Assembly: GCF_000017305.1 (NCBI RefSeq) | Contig: NC_009664.2 | Location: 2,850,001 to 2,882,000 of the forward strand | From: Kineococcus radiotolerans SRS30216 = ATCC BAA-149 | GTDB taxonomy: Bacteria > Actinomycetota > Actinomycetes > Actinomycetales > Kineococcaceae | Direction: 5' to 3' | Length of the DNA: 32,000 nt | Shown: positions 23,008 to 30,802 of the stretch, one piece after another | Layout of the letters: every line of letters starts with the position of its first letter | How positions within the stretch are numbered: position 1 is the first letter of the stretch | Notes under the pieces: generated by a model | Databases searched by the model: none | What the model saw: the letters and a program-made list of their open reading frames with translations, nothing else | Told to the model about the DNA's origin: nothing | Made by a program: the position numbers and the translations under genes

Positions 23008-24312
23008 TCACTTCCCGCCGATGGCGTTCTGGACCGCGGCCTGCATGTCGGCCAGGGCGGTGTCGGTGGGCTTGCTGCCCGAGAGCGCGGAGAACGCGTT
23101 GTCCTGGATGGCCTTGGTCACCGCCGGGTAGAACGGCGTCACCGGACGCGGCACCGCGTTCGAGATCGACGTCTTCAGCTGCGGCAGGTAGGGGAACTGC
23201 TCCACCAGTGCGGGGTCGTCGTAGAGGGCTTCCAGCACCGGGGCGGCGGAGCCCTGCGTCAGCCAGTCGCGCTGGATCTCCTCCGACTGCAGGAACTTCA
23301 GGAACTCGAACGCGGTCTTCTTGTGGTCGGAGTACACGCTGATCCCCGCCGCGTGCCCACCCAGGCTCGACGCACCGGGCTGCCCGTCACCGCCGCCCGG
23401 CAGCGGCGCCACCCCGAAGGTGTCCTTCACCGTCGAGGAACCGTCGGTCTTGGCCAGGCTGTACACGTAGGGCCAGTTGCGCAGGAACAGCAGCTTGCCG
23501 TCCTGGAAGGACTGCCGGCCCTGCTCCTCCTGGTAGGTGGTGGCCTGCTTGGGGATCGAGCCGTCCTGGAACCCCTTCACCAGCGCGTCCAGCCCCGCCT
23601 TGGCCTCGGGGGTGTCCAGCGTCGCGGTCTTGCCGTCCTCGGAGAGGATCGACCCGCCCGCGGTGTTGATCGCCTCGGCCACGTTCACCGTCAGGCCCTC
23701 GTACTGGGCGTACTGCCCGGCGTAGCAGTCCATGCCGTTCTGGGTGGCGATGTCGCACATGCCCATCATCTCCTCCCACGAGGTGGGCGGGGTCGGCACG
23801 AGGTCCTTGCGGTAGTACAGCAACCCGCCGTCGGAGGTGGTGGGGGCGGCGTAGAGGGTGTCGTTGTAGGTCTCCGCGTTCACCGTCGGTTCCAGCAGCG
23901 CGGACTGGTCCAGTTCGTACTCACCCGTGAGCGGCTGCAGCCAGCCCTTGGCGGCGAACTCCGAGGTCCAGATGTTGTCGACGCTGACGACGTCGTAGTC
24001 GGCGTTCTCGGCCTGGAAGTTCTGCACCAGGTCGTCGTGCTGCTGGTCGGCCTGGTCGGTCTGCTCCTTCAGCGTGACCTTCTGGTCCGGGTGCGCGGCG
24101 TTCCACTTGTCGATCGCCGGCTGCACGATGCCGCTGTTGTCCTTGCCCTGCACGTAGGTGATGGGACCGGTGGAGTTCCCCGCCGCCGCGGCGTCACCGC
24201 TGCCCCCGGCTTCCTCATCCCCACCACCGCAGGCCCCCACCACGAGCACACCGCTCACCGCGAGAGCCAGCACCGACATGACCCTGCGAGACGACCTGGA
24301 CTTGGCGAACAC
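23008..24312 (-). CDS. extracellular sugar-binding lipoprotein of an ABC transporter (SBP family 1)
   Basis: GTG 24312 is preceded by GAGGAGA. The signal peptide VFAKSRSSRRVMSVLALAVSGVLVVGAC has a lipobox Cys. The mature part is typical of SBP_bac_1 (WNAAHPDQKVTL...NADYDVVSVDNIWTSEFAAKGWLQPL). The ORF-track start 24774 is trimmed. Confidence 0.9.
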   Translation of the reverse strand: MFAKSRSSRRVMSVLALAVSGVLVVGACGGGDEEAGGSGDAAAAGNSTGPITYVQGKDNSGIVQPAIDKWNAAHPDQKVTLKEQTDQADQQHDDLVQNFQAENADYDVVSVDNIWTSEFAAKGWLQPLTGEYELDQSALLEPTVNAETYNDTLYAAPTTSDGGLLYYRKDLVPTPPTSWEEMMGMCDIATQNGMDCYAGQYAQYEGLTVNVAEAINTAGGSILSEDGKTATLDTPEAKAGLDALVKGFQDGSIPKQATTYQEEQGRQSFQDGKLLFLRNWPYVYSLAKTDGSSTVKDTFGVAPLPGGGDGQPGASSLGGHAAGISVYSDHKKTAFEFLKFLQSEEIQRDWLTQGSAAPVLEALYDDPALVEQFPYLPQLKTSISNAVPRPVTPFYPAVTKAIQDNAFSALSGSKPTDTALADMQAAVQNAIGGK

Positions 24313-24475
24313 TGCGTTCTCCTCTTCGTCGAGTGCCGGCGGGACGTTCCGCCAGACGCCGGGCCAGGACGACCACCACGGCGGGGCGTCCTCCCCGGGC
24401 TCGTCCCTGAGCCCGGTCCGACTGGAGCGAACTGAACACCCGGGCGAAACCCCGGTCAACACGCAACCGATCTGC

Positions 24476-24530
24476 ACGCAAGCGTTTGCGGAGACGTCGT
24501 TCCAGGTCAGGCCCTCGCAAACGCTTGCGT
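24476..24530. promoter_or_regulatory. two LacI-type operators (ACGCAAGCGTTTGCG and its exact reverse complement)
   Basis: Site 1 is at 24476-24490 and site 2 at 24516-24530, identical over 15 nt in opposite orientation. Each contains the pseudo-palindrome CGCAAnCGnTTGCG (6 of 7 arm pairs). Centres are 39 bp apart, inside the lacI/SBP divergent region. Confidence 0.6.
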
Positions 24531-24616
24531 AACGATTTGGTGACACAGGCGTTTGAGGGTGTTCCGCACCCCGGAGAACCCTGGACCTGGCCCGGTGGGT
24601 GGTGTTGCATTCCCCC

Positions 24617-25681
24617 ATGCCCGCGACGTCGCGATCCTCTCCCCGGCCCCGGTCGGACCCACCCCTCCCGCCGCCGGCGGCGGTCCGGATGTCCGACGTC
24701 GCCGAGGAGGTCGGGGTCTCCCTGGCCACGGTGTCCCGGGCGCTGCGCGGCCTGGAGGGGGTCAGCGAGGACACCCGGGAGAAGGTCCGCGAGGTCGCCG
24801 CCCGCCTCGACTACATCCCCAGCCCGGAGGCCTCGGGCCTGGCGGGGCGGTCCACCGGCCGGGTGGCGGTGGTGCTGCACGACCTGCCCTCCTGGTACGG
24901 CAGTTCCGTCACCGTCGGGCTGGAGCGGGAACTGCGCCCGGCCGGTCTCGACCTCCTCGTCCGCTGCGTCGACGACCCCGCGGACCGGGTGCGGTTCTTC
25001 GCGACGATGCCGTTGCGCCGCAAGGTGGACGCCGTCGTCGTCATCGCCATCGCGCTCACCCCGCAGGAGGTGGCGAAGCTGCGCGAGGGCGGGGTCGCCG
25101 TGGTCGCCGCGGGCAGCCACGGCGAAGGTTTCCCCTGCGTCGCCATCGACGACGAGCTGGCCGCGCAGCAGGCGGTCAACCACCTCCTCCAGCTCGGCCA
25201 CGAACGCATCGCCCTGCTGAACACCGTCGCCGCCACCGACCGCGCGTGGCAGGCCCAGCGGGACCGGGAGAACGGTTACCGCGCGGCGATGGCGGCCGCC
25301 GGGGTCCCCGTCGACGAGGACCTCGTCGTCTCCTGGTCCGGGGGTTCGCGCGGGGGAGCGCAGGGGATGGACCAGCTGCTGTCCGGCCGCCGGCTCCCCA
25401 GCGCGGTCTTCGCCTTCTCCGACGAGGTCGCCCTGGGCGCCATGCGCAGCCTGCGCCGGGCCGGGATCGAGGTCCCGCGGCAGATCTCGGTCATCGGCAT
25501 CGACGACCACCCCCTGGCCGAGCTCACCGACCTGACGACCGTCGCCCAGGACCCGGTGGCCCTGGGGCGGGCCTCGGCGCAGGTGACCCTGGACCTGCTG
25601 CAGGGCCGCCCCGCGCGCGACGTGGGCACCTTCCCCACCCGCCTCGTCGTGCGCGGCACCACCGCCCCCCCGGCCCCCTGA
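24617..25681 (+). CDS. LacI family transcriptional regulator
   Basis: HTH MSDVAEEVGVSLATVSRALRG, then a periplasmic-binding-fold core (RVAVVLHDL..., AVFAFSDEVALGAMRSLRRAGIEVPRQISVIGIDD). The start is uncertain: ATG 24617, GTG 24599 or ATG 24689 (the last gives the usual HTH-at-N-terminus layout). Confidence 0.9.
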   Translation: MPATSRSSPRPRSDPPLPPPAAVRMSDVAEEVGVSLATVSRALRGLEGVSEDTREKVREVAARLDYIPSPEASGLAGRSTGRVAVVLHDLPSWYGSSVTVGLERELRPAGLDLLVRCVDDPADRVRFFATMPLRRKVDAVVVIAIALTPQEVAKLREGGVAVVAAGSHGEGFPCVAIDDELAAQQAVNHLLQLGHERIALLNTVAATDRAWQAQRDRENGYRAAMAAAGVPVDEDLVVSWSGGSRGGAQGMDQLLSGRRLPSAVFAFSDEVALGAMRSLRRAGIEVPRQISVIGIDDHPLAELTDLTTVAQDPVALGRASAQVTLDLLQGRPARDVGTFPTRLVVRGTTAPPAP

Positions 25682-25694
25682 CCCGCGGGGGAGC

Positions 25695-26297
25695 TCAGGC
25701 CGTGGTCAGCAGGCCGACCGCCAGGACGACCATGACCACCGCCACCCCCAGGTCGAGGACGCGCCAGGCCGCGGGGCGGGCGAAGACCGGGCGCAGCAGC
25801 CGCGCCCCGTGGCCCAGGGCGGTGAACCAGACGACGCTGGCCAGCCCGGCGCCCGCCGCGAACCACCACCGCTGGGCGCCGTGGGTCGCGGCGACCGAAC
25901 CGAGGAGGACGACGGTGTCGAGGTAGACGTGGGGGTTCAGCCACGTCAGGGCGGCCGCGGTGGCCACCACCGTCCCCACCCGCGCGGGCGGCCTCGAGGT
26001 GTCCGCGCGCAGGGCGCCGGGTCGCCGGGCCCGGCGCAGCGCGAACGCGGCGTAGGCGAGGAGGAAGGCCGCCCCGGCCCAGCGCACGACCCGCAGGACG
26101 CCGGGGGAGGCGGTGAGCACCGCCCCCGCCCCGCCGACCCCGGCCGCGATGAGGACGAGGTCGCTGACGGCGCAGACCGCGACGACCGCGCCCACGTGCT
26201 CCCCGCGCACGCCCTGCTCGATGACGAAGGTGTTCTGCGCCCCGATGGCGACGATGAGGGACAGGCCGAACAGGGTCCCGGTGAGCAGCGTGAGCAC
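25695..26297 (-). CDS. LysE/ArgO family basic amino-acid exporter
   Basis: 200 aa from GTG 26297. GLSLIVAIGAQNTFVIEQG and LTWLNPHVYLDTVVLLG are LysE-family signatures. Paired with a divergent ArgP/LysG-type regulator. Confidence 0.85.
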   Translation of the reverse strand: MLTLLTGTLFGLSLIVAIGAQNTFVIEQGVRGEHVGAVVAVCAVSDLVLIAAGVGGAGAVLTASPGVLRVVRWAGAAFLLAYAAFALRRARRPGALRADTSRPPARVGTVVATAAALTWLNPHVYLDTVVLLGSVAATHGAQRWWFAAGAGLASVVWFTALGHGARLLRPVFARPAAWRVLDLGVAVVMVVLAVGLLTTA

Positions 26298-26303
26298 GTC
26301 TCG

Positions 26304-26309
26304 ACGGTA
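26304..26309 (-). promoter_or_regulatory. candidate -10 (TACCGT), 6 nt before the LysE GTG
   Basis: The minus strand reads TACCGT-cgagac-GTG(26297). Confidence 0.35.
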
Positions 26310-26354
26310 GGGACCGGCGCGTGGTGGTTCCAGCTCAGGATCCTTCACCGCCCT

Positions 26355-26360
26355 TAGCAT
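26355..26360 (+). promoter_or_regulatory. candidate -10 (TAGCAT), 8 nt before the LysR-type regulator GTG
   Basis: TAGCAT-cgctgttc-GTG(26369). Confidence 0.35.
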
Positions 26361-26368
26361 CGCTGTTC

Positions 26369-27223
26369 GTGGACCTCGACCTCGGCCAGCTGCGGGCGCT
26401 GGCGGCCGTCGTCGCCGAGGGCACGTTCGAGGCCGCCGCCCGGGTCCTGCACGTGACGCCCTCGGCGGTGAGCCAGCGCATCCGGGCCCTGGAGACGTCC
26501 GCCGGCCGCGTCCTGCTCGTCCGGGTGAAACCGGTCGTGCCGACCGAGGCGGGCCGCACCGTCCTGCGCCTGGCCCGGGAGGTCGAGCTGCTCGCCGCCG
26601 ACGCCCGGCGCGAACTGGGCCAGGAGGAGGGGACGCCCGTGCTGCCGGTCGCGGTGAACGCGGACTCGCTCGCGACGTGGTTCCTGGGGGCGGTCGCGCC
26701 GCTGGCGGGGGAGTTCTGCTTCGACCTGCGCCGGGAGGACCAGGAACGCACCGGCGAGCTCCTGCGCGAGGGCGGCGTCGTCGCGGCCGTCACCGCGGAG
26801 GCCGACCCGGTGCCGGGCTGCTCGGCCACCCGGCTGGGGGCGATGCACTACCAGCCCTGCGCGTCGGCGGCCTTCGCCCGCCGCTGGTTCCCCCGCGGGG
26901 TCGACCGGGAGGCGCTGTCCCGGGCCCCGGTCGTCGTGTTCGACCGCGACGACGACCTGCAGGACCGCTGGCTGCGGGGGTTCGGCCACCCCCTCCCGCC
27001 GCGGCACCACGTCCCGGCCACCTCCGACTTCGGCGAGGCCGTCCGCCGGGGCTTCGGGTGGGGGATGCTGCTGCCCGCGCAGGTGGAGGCGTGCGGTCCC
27101 GACGGGGTCGTCGACCTCGACCCCGGCGGGGGCGTCGACGTCGAGCTGCACTGGCAGCGGTGGAAGATCCGCTCCGCGGCCCTGGACCGGCTCAGCGAGG
27201 CCGTCCTCGCCGCCTGGCGCTGA
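26369..27223 (+). CDS. LysR family regulator, ArgP/LysG subtype
   Basis: DLGQLRALAAVVAEGTFEAAARVLHVTPSAVSQRIRALE is the ArgP-type wHTH. Divergent from the LysE exporter. Start trimmed from 26321 to GTG 26369. Confidence 0.85.
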   Translation: MDLDLGQLRALAAVVAEGTFEAAARVLHVTPSAVSQRIRALETSAGRVLLVRVKPVVPTEAGRTVLRLAREVELLAADARRELGQEEGTPVLPVAVNADSLATWFLGAVAPLAGEFCFDLRREDQERTGELLREGGVVAAVTAEADPVPGCSATRLGAMHYQPCASAAFARRWFPRGVDREALSRAPVVVFDRDDDLQDRWLRGFGHPLPPRHHVPATSDFGEAVRRGFGWGMLLPAQVEACGPDGVVDLDPGGGVDVELHWQRWKIRSAALDRLSEAVLAAWR

Positions 27224-27249
27224 CCGCGACCGGGGCGCAGGGTGGGGCC

Positions 27250-27732
27250 GTGAGCGAATCCTGCTGGGACTACCCGCGCCCGCCCCGCCTGGAACCCGCG
27301 CGGCGGCGGGTGCGGGTCCTCGACCCCGAGGGCCGTCTCCTCGCCGACGTCGACCCGGCCGAGGGCAGGGCCTGGCGGGTGCTGGAGACCTCCCACCCGC
27401 CGACGTACTACGTCGCGGCCGACGCGCTCGTCCCCGGCGCGGTCCGTCCGGGCCAGGGGTCGAGCTGGTGCGAGTGGAAGGGGCAGGCCTCCTACGTCGA
27501 CCTGCTCGGCGCCGACGGGCGCGTCCTGCGGCCGCGGGCGGCGTGGACCTACCCGCGCCCCACCCCCGGGTACGAGGCGCTGACCGGGGCGCTGGCCTTC
27601 TACCCCTCGGGGGTGCGCTGCCTGCTCGACGACGAGGAGGTCCAGGCCCAGGAGGGCGACTTCTACGGCGGCTGGATCAGCTCGGAGGTGACCGGGCCGT
27701 TCAAGGGGGCCCCCGGGACGCTGGGGTGGTGA
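27250..27732 (+). CDS. DUF427 domain protein
   Basis: ESCWDYPRPPRLEP...VLETSHPPTYYV...SWCEWKGQASY...AWTYPRPTPGYEAL...AFYP is the DUF427 pattern. GTG 27250 within ORF 26677..27732. Confidence 0.8.
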   Translation: MSESCWDYPRPPRLEPARRRVRVLDPEGRLLADVDPAEGRAWRVLETSHPPTYYVAADALVPGAVRPGQGSSWCEWKGQASYVDLLGADGRVLRPRAAWTYPRPTPGYEALTGALAFYPSGVRCLLDDEEVQAQEGDFYGGWISSEVTGPFKGAPGTLGW

Positions 27733-27736
27733 CGCG

Positions 27737-29008
27737 TCAGAGGTGGGTGTCCGCGACGTCGCCGCTGTGGCGGCTGGGGGCCTTGCGGATGCGGGCCGCG
27801 TCCAGCGCCCCCACGACCGGGGCTGCGGTGAACCCGTGCACGAAGACCGACAGGGCGACGGTGAAACCGACGACGGCCCACAGCTCCTCGCCCGGGAACT
27901 CGGCCTCGCCGAGGGCGTAGGCGAGGTAGAACAGCGACCCGATCCCGCGGACGCCGAAGATCCCGATGACCCAGCGCTCCCGCGGTCCGCCCGGGGTCCG
28001 CAGCAGGCTGAGGTACCCGGCGAGGGGCCGGATCACGAAGACGAGCAGGATCCCGACCAGGGCCAGCGGCCAGGTCAGCGCGTCGAGCAGGCCGTCGGCG
28101 AGGGCCGCGCCGAGCACCAGCAGCAGCCACGACGTCAGCATCCGCTCGATCTGCTCGACGAACTCGTGCGCGACCCGGTGCGCCCCGTGGCTGCGTTCCG
28201 CGGCGCGGATGGTGCAGGCCGCGACGAAGACGGCGACGAACCCGTAGCCGTGCAGGACCTCCGTCACCCCGTAGGCGAGGAAGGTCACGGCCAGGGCGGT
28301 GAAGCCCTCGGCGTTGTCGGCCAGGCGCAGCGAGGGGACGGGGGAGTGGAAGAAGAGCCGGCCGAGCAGCCAGCCGACGACGATCCCCGACACGACGCCC
28401 ACGACGCCGCGCAGCGCCACGTCCTCGAGGAACCAGTCGCGCATCGTCACGGCGGAGAAGCCCGCCGTCGCCAGGACCACGGCCAGGTGCACGATCGGGA
28501 AGGCGGCGCCGTCGTTGAGACCGGCCTCGCTGGTGAGGGCGAAGCGGACCTCGTCCTCGGTGCCCTCCTCGTCGGCCGGTTCCCCGACCTGCACGTCGCT
28601 GGCGAGGACGGGGTCGGTGGGGGCCAGCGTGGCGCCGAGCAGCACGGCGGCGGCGATCGGGAGGCCGGCCAGGGCCCACCCCGCCCAGGCGACGAGGGCG
28701 ATCGTCAGGGGCATGGCGATGAGGATGAGCCGCCAGGTCGACGCCCAGCGGCGCCACCCGACCGCCCGGTCGAGCGCGAGCCCCGCGCCCATCAGGGAGA
28801 TGATGACGACGAGTTCGGTGACGTGCTTCGTCACCTCGCCGTGGGCCAGCGGGTCCACCGTCGGCAGCCCGGGGACGAGGCCCAGCAGGACCCCGCCCCC
28901 CAGGAAGGCCATCGGCAGGTTCACCGGCAGCCGGTCCACCACCCGGGGCAGCAGGGCCGCCACCAGGGCGCTGGCCCCGGCGAGGGTGAAGAGGACCGGT
29001 GCGAGCAC
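27737..29008 (-). CDS. cation:proton antiporter (CPA1 Na+/H+ exchanger family)
   Basis: 423 aa, about 12 TM segments, LGATLAPTDPVLAS and TSEAGLNDGAAFP motifs. The GTG lies 5 nt after the glsB-like stop. Confidence 0.9.
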   Translation of the reverse strand: MLAPVLFTLAGASALVAALLPRVVDRLPVNLPMAFLGGGVLLGLVPGLPTVDPLAHGEVTKHVTELVVIISLMGAGLALDRAVGWRRWASTWRLILIAMPLTIALVAWAGWALAGLPIAAAVLLGATLAPTDPVLASDVQVGEPADEEGTEDEVRFALTSEAGLNDGAAFPIVHLAVVLATAGFSAVTMRDWFLEDVALRGVVGVVSGIVVGWLLGRLFFHSPVPSLRLADNAEGFTALAVTFLAYGVTEVLHGYGFVAVFVAACTIRAAERSHGAHRVAHEFVEQIERMLTSWLLLVLGAALADGLLDALTWPLALVGILLVFVIRPLAGYLSLLRTPGGPRERWVIGIFGVRGIGSLFYLAYALGEAEFPGEELWAVVGFTVALSVFVHGFTAAPVVGALDAARIRKAPSRHSGDVADTHL

Positions 29009-29013
29009 CGAGG

Positions 29014-29280
29014 TCAGCGGCGACGGCCGCGGATCGACCCGACGATCGAGACGCCGATGGCGGCGACGACGACCTGGAAGATGAGCTCGATCCAGTCGAA
29101 GCCGTTGGTGTCGGCCAGGCCGATGCCGCGCGCCAGCGCGGTGCCGATCAGGGCGGCGACGATGCCCACGACGATGGTCAGCAGGATCGAGATGTTCTGC
29201 CGGCCGGGCAGGACCAGGCGGGCCAGGGCGCCGATGATGAGGCCGACGATGATGGCGGTGATGATGCCGGTGACAGTCAC
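29014..29280 (-). CDS. GlsB/YeaQ/YmgE family stress-response membrane protein
   Basis: 88 aa: GIITAIIVGLIIGALARLVLPGRQNISILLTIVVGIVAALIG. GTG 29280 is preceded by GGAGGA and a 4-nt spacer. Confidence 0.9.
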   Translation of the reverse strand: MTVTGIITAIIVGLIIGALARLVLPGRQNISILLTIVVGIVAALIGTALARGIGLADTNGFDWIELIFQVVVAAIGVSIVGSIRGRRR

Positions 29281-29412
29281 GATTTCCTCCAGTCAGTGAG
29301 GCCCGCGGGGGGACGGCGGGCCGCGCGTGAGAGCTGTGTCACTTCCACGACGCGCCAGAACGTTGCCACGACTCGGGCGTTCCCGCCCGCTGGAAACGTC
29401 CCGCCCACCCCC

Positions 29413-29456
29413 GGTGCACCACCGGTCACGGACCGGTCACGGGACGGTGCCGCCGG
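29413..29456 (+). repeat. four 11-bp-phased direct repeat units starting GGT (ggtgcaccacc ggtcacggacc ggtcacgggac ggtgccgccgg)
   Basis: Read directly. The exact 11-mer ACCGGTCACGG occurs in tandem at 29421-29431 and 29432-29442, flanked by degenerate copies in the same phase. Confidence 0.6.
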
Positions 29457-29474
29457 GTGAGCTCACCGCGGCGG
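29450..29474 (-). terminator. hairpin 15 nt downstream of the yciO-like stop (possible terminator, no U tract)
   Basis: CCGCCG-G-GTG-agct-CAC-C-(g)-CGGCGG. The perfect 10-bp palindrome GTGAGCTCAC is extended by GC arms with one bulge. Confidence 0.35.
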
Positions 29475-29488
29475 ACCCGACCCCCCGG

Positions 29489-30109
29489 CTACTCGAAGCG
29501 CGAGGGGTCCCCGGCCCCCACCCGCACCACGTCGGGGAAACCCCCGGACCAGTCCACGACGGTCGTGGGGGAGGTGCCGCACTCCCCGGCGTCCACGACC
29601 GCGTCCACGACGTGGTCCAGCTCCTCCTTGATCGACCAGCCGTCGGTCGGGGGGTCCTCGTGACCGGGCAGCAGCAGCGTGCTCGACAGCAGCGGCTCAC
29701 CCAGCTCGGTGAGCAGCGCCCGCACGAACCGGTGGTCGGGGATGCGGACCCCCACCGTCTTCTTCTTCGCGTGCGCGAACCGGCGCGGGACCTCCTTGGT
29801 CGCCGGCAGGATGAACGTGTACGGGTTCGGGGTCGCGGCCTTGATGGCCCGGAACTGCACGTTGTCCAGGTGCACGAACTGGCTCAGCTGGGCGAAGTCG
29901 GCGCACACCAGCGTGAAGTGGTGCTTCTCGCCGAGCTGGCGGATGCGGCGGATCCGGTCCGCGCCGGTGTGGCTGTCCAGGCGGCAGCCCAGGGCGTAGC
30001 AGGAGTCCGTCGGGTAGGCGATGAGCCCGTCCTCGCGCAGCACCGCCGCGAGCTGGGCGATCGACCGGGCCTGCGGGTTCTCCGGGTGGACCTCGACGAA
30101 GCGCGCCAT
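29489..30109 (-). CDS. yciO: YciO-type member of the YrdC/Sua5 (threonylcarbamoyl-AMP synthase) family
   Basis: 206 aa, collinear with E. coli YciO as I recall it: HPENPQ...LIAYPTDSCYALGC...IRRIRQL...HHFTLVC.DF.QLS.F..LDNV.FR.IK..TPNPYTFILPATKEVPRR...KKKTVGVRIP...LGEPLLSSTL.LPG...PTTVVD. Confidence 0.85.
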   Translation of the reverse strand: MARFVEVHPENPQARSIAQLAAVLREDGLIAYPTDSCYALGCRLDSHTGADRIRRIRQLGEKHHFTLVCADFAQLSQFVHLDNVQFRAIKAATPNPYTFILPATKEVPRRFAHAKKKTVGVRIPDHRFVRALLTELGEPLLSSTLLLPGHEDPPTDGWSIKEELDHVVDAVVDAGECGTSPTTVVDWSGGFPDVVRVGAGDPSRFE

Positions 30110-30118
30110 GGCGCGACT

Positions 30119-30802
30119 CTAGGACGGGGTGCGGACCGTCGCGAAGTCCACGTCGCGCCGCCGCCGGAACCCGAGGTGCTCGTACAGCGCGATCGCCCGG
30201 ACGTTCTGCGCCGCGGCGTGCAGGAACGGCAGTTCCCCGCGCTCGCGGACGCCGTGCGCCACCGCGCGGACCAGGGCCGTGGCCAGTCCCCGGCCGCGGG
30301 CCGCGGGGTCGGTGCAGACGGCGCTGATCTCGGTGGCCCCGGTGGGCCGCAGGCGCTCCCCGGCCATCGCCACCAGCCGCCCTCCCTCCCGGACCCCGAG
30401 GTAGCGGCCCAGCAGCACCGTCCGCGGCCCGAAGGGGCCCGGCCGGGTCCGGGCGACGAGGTCGAGCACCTCCGGCACGTCGTCCTCGCCGAGCTCCACC
30501 GCGTCGGGGAGGGGCTCGGTGCGCAGCGCGTCGGTGGCCACGAGCTGGACACCGGGGAAGGGCCGCGTCACCGCGAAACCCGCGGGCGGCTCGACGGCGA
30601 GCGCCGGGACGAGCACCTCGACCCCCGGACCGGCCACCGCGGCCAGGTCGTCCCAGGCCGCGGGGTCGGCCTGGTCGGCCAGCCCCGAGAAGGGGGAGAC
30701 GTCGGCGGGGAACCGGCGCCCGCGCCCGGACCCCTCCGCGAGGTGCGCGTGGGTCGTCGCCAGGGACCCCCAGACGGGGTTGTCGAGCGGGTGCTGCGTC
30801 AC
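30119..30802 (-). CDS. GNAT family N-acetyltransferase
   Basis: The C-terminal half carries the acetyl-CoA motif EISAVCTDPAARGRGLATALVRAV and LYEHLGF. The GTG 30802 overlaps the upstream stop (GTGA). The stop lies 9 nt before the yciO-like ATG. Confidence 0.8.
   Translation of the reverse strand: MTQHPLDNPVWGSLATTHAHLAEGSGRGRRFPADVSPFSGLADQADPAAWDDLAAVAGPGVEVLVPALAVEPPAGFAVTRPFPGVQLVATDALRTEPLPDAVELGEDDVPEVLDLVARTRPGPFGPRTVLLGRYLGVREGGRLVAMAGERLRPTGATEISAVCTDPAARGRGLATALVRAVAHGVRERGELPFLHAAAQNVRAIALYEHLGFRRRRDVDFATVRTPS

Noticed and set aside
24476-24530. Reading the two 15-nt inverted copies as one large RNA hairpin or terminator
   Set aside because: Each copy is itself a LacI-class pseudo-palindrome, and the pair sits in a promoter region next to a LacI gene with no upstream gene to terminate. 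The operator interpretation was preferred.
24313-24774. N-terminal extension of the sugar-binding protein ORF
   Set aside because: A lipoprotein signal peptide with a good SD begins at GTG 24312. The extension crosses the operator region and the lacI start.
29281-29412. Riboswitch (for example c-di-AMP/ydaO-type) in the roughly 200-nt region upstream of the glsB-cation antiporter operon
   Set aside because: I could find only a simple 7-bp hairpin (GGCCCGC-N9-GCGGGCC, 29300-29322) next to the SD. The multi-helix conserved core expected for known riboswitch classes was not visible. A covariance-model scan would be needed to revisit this.
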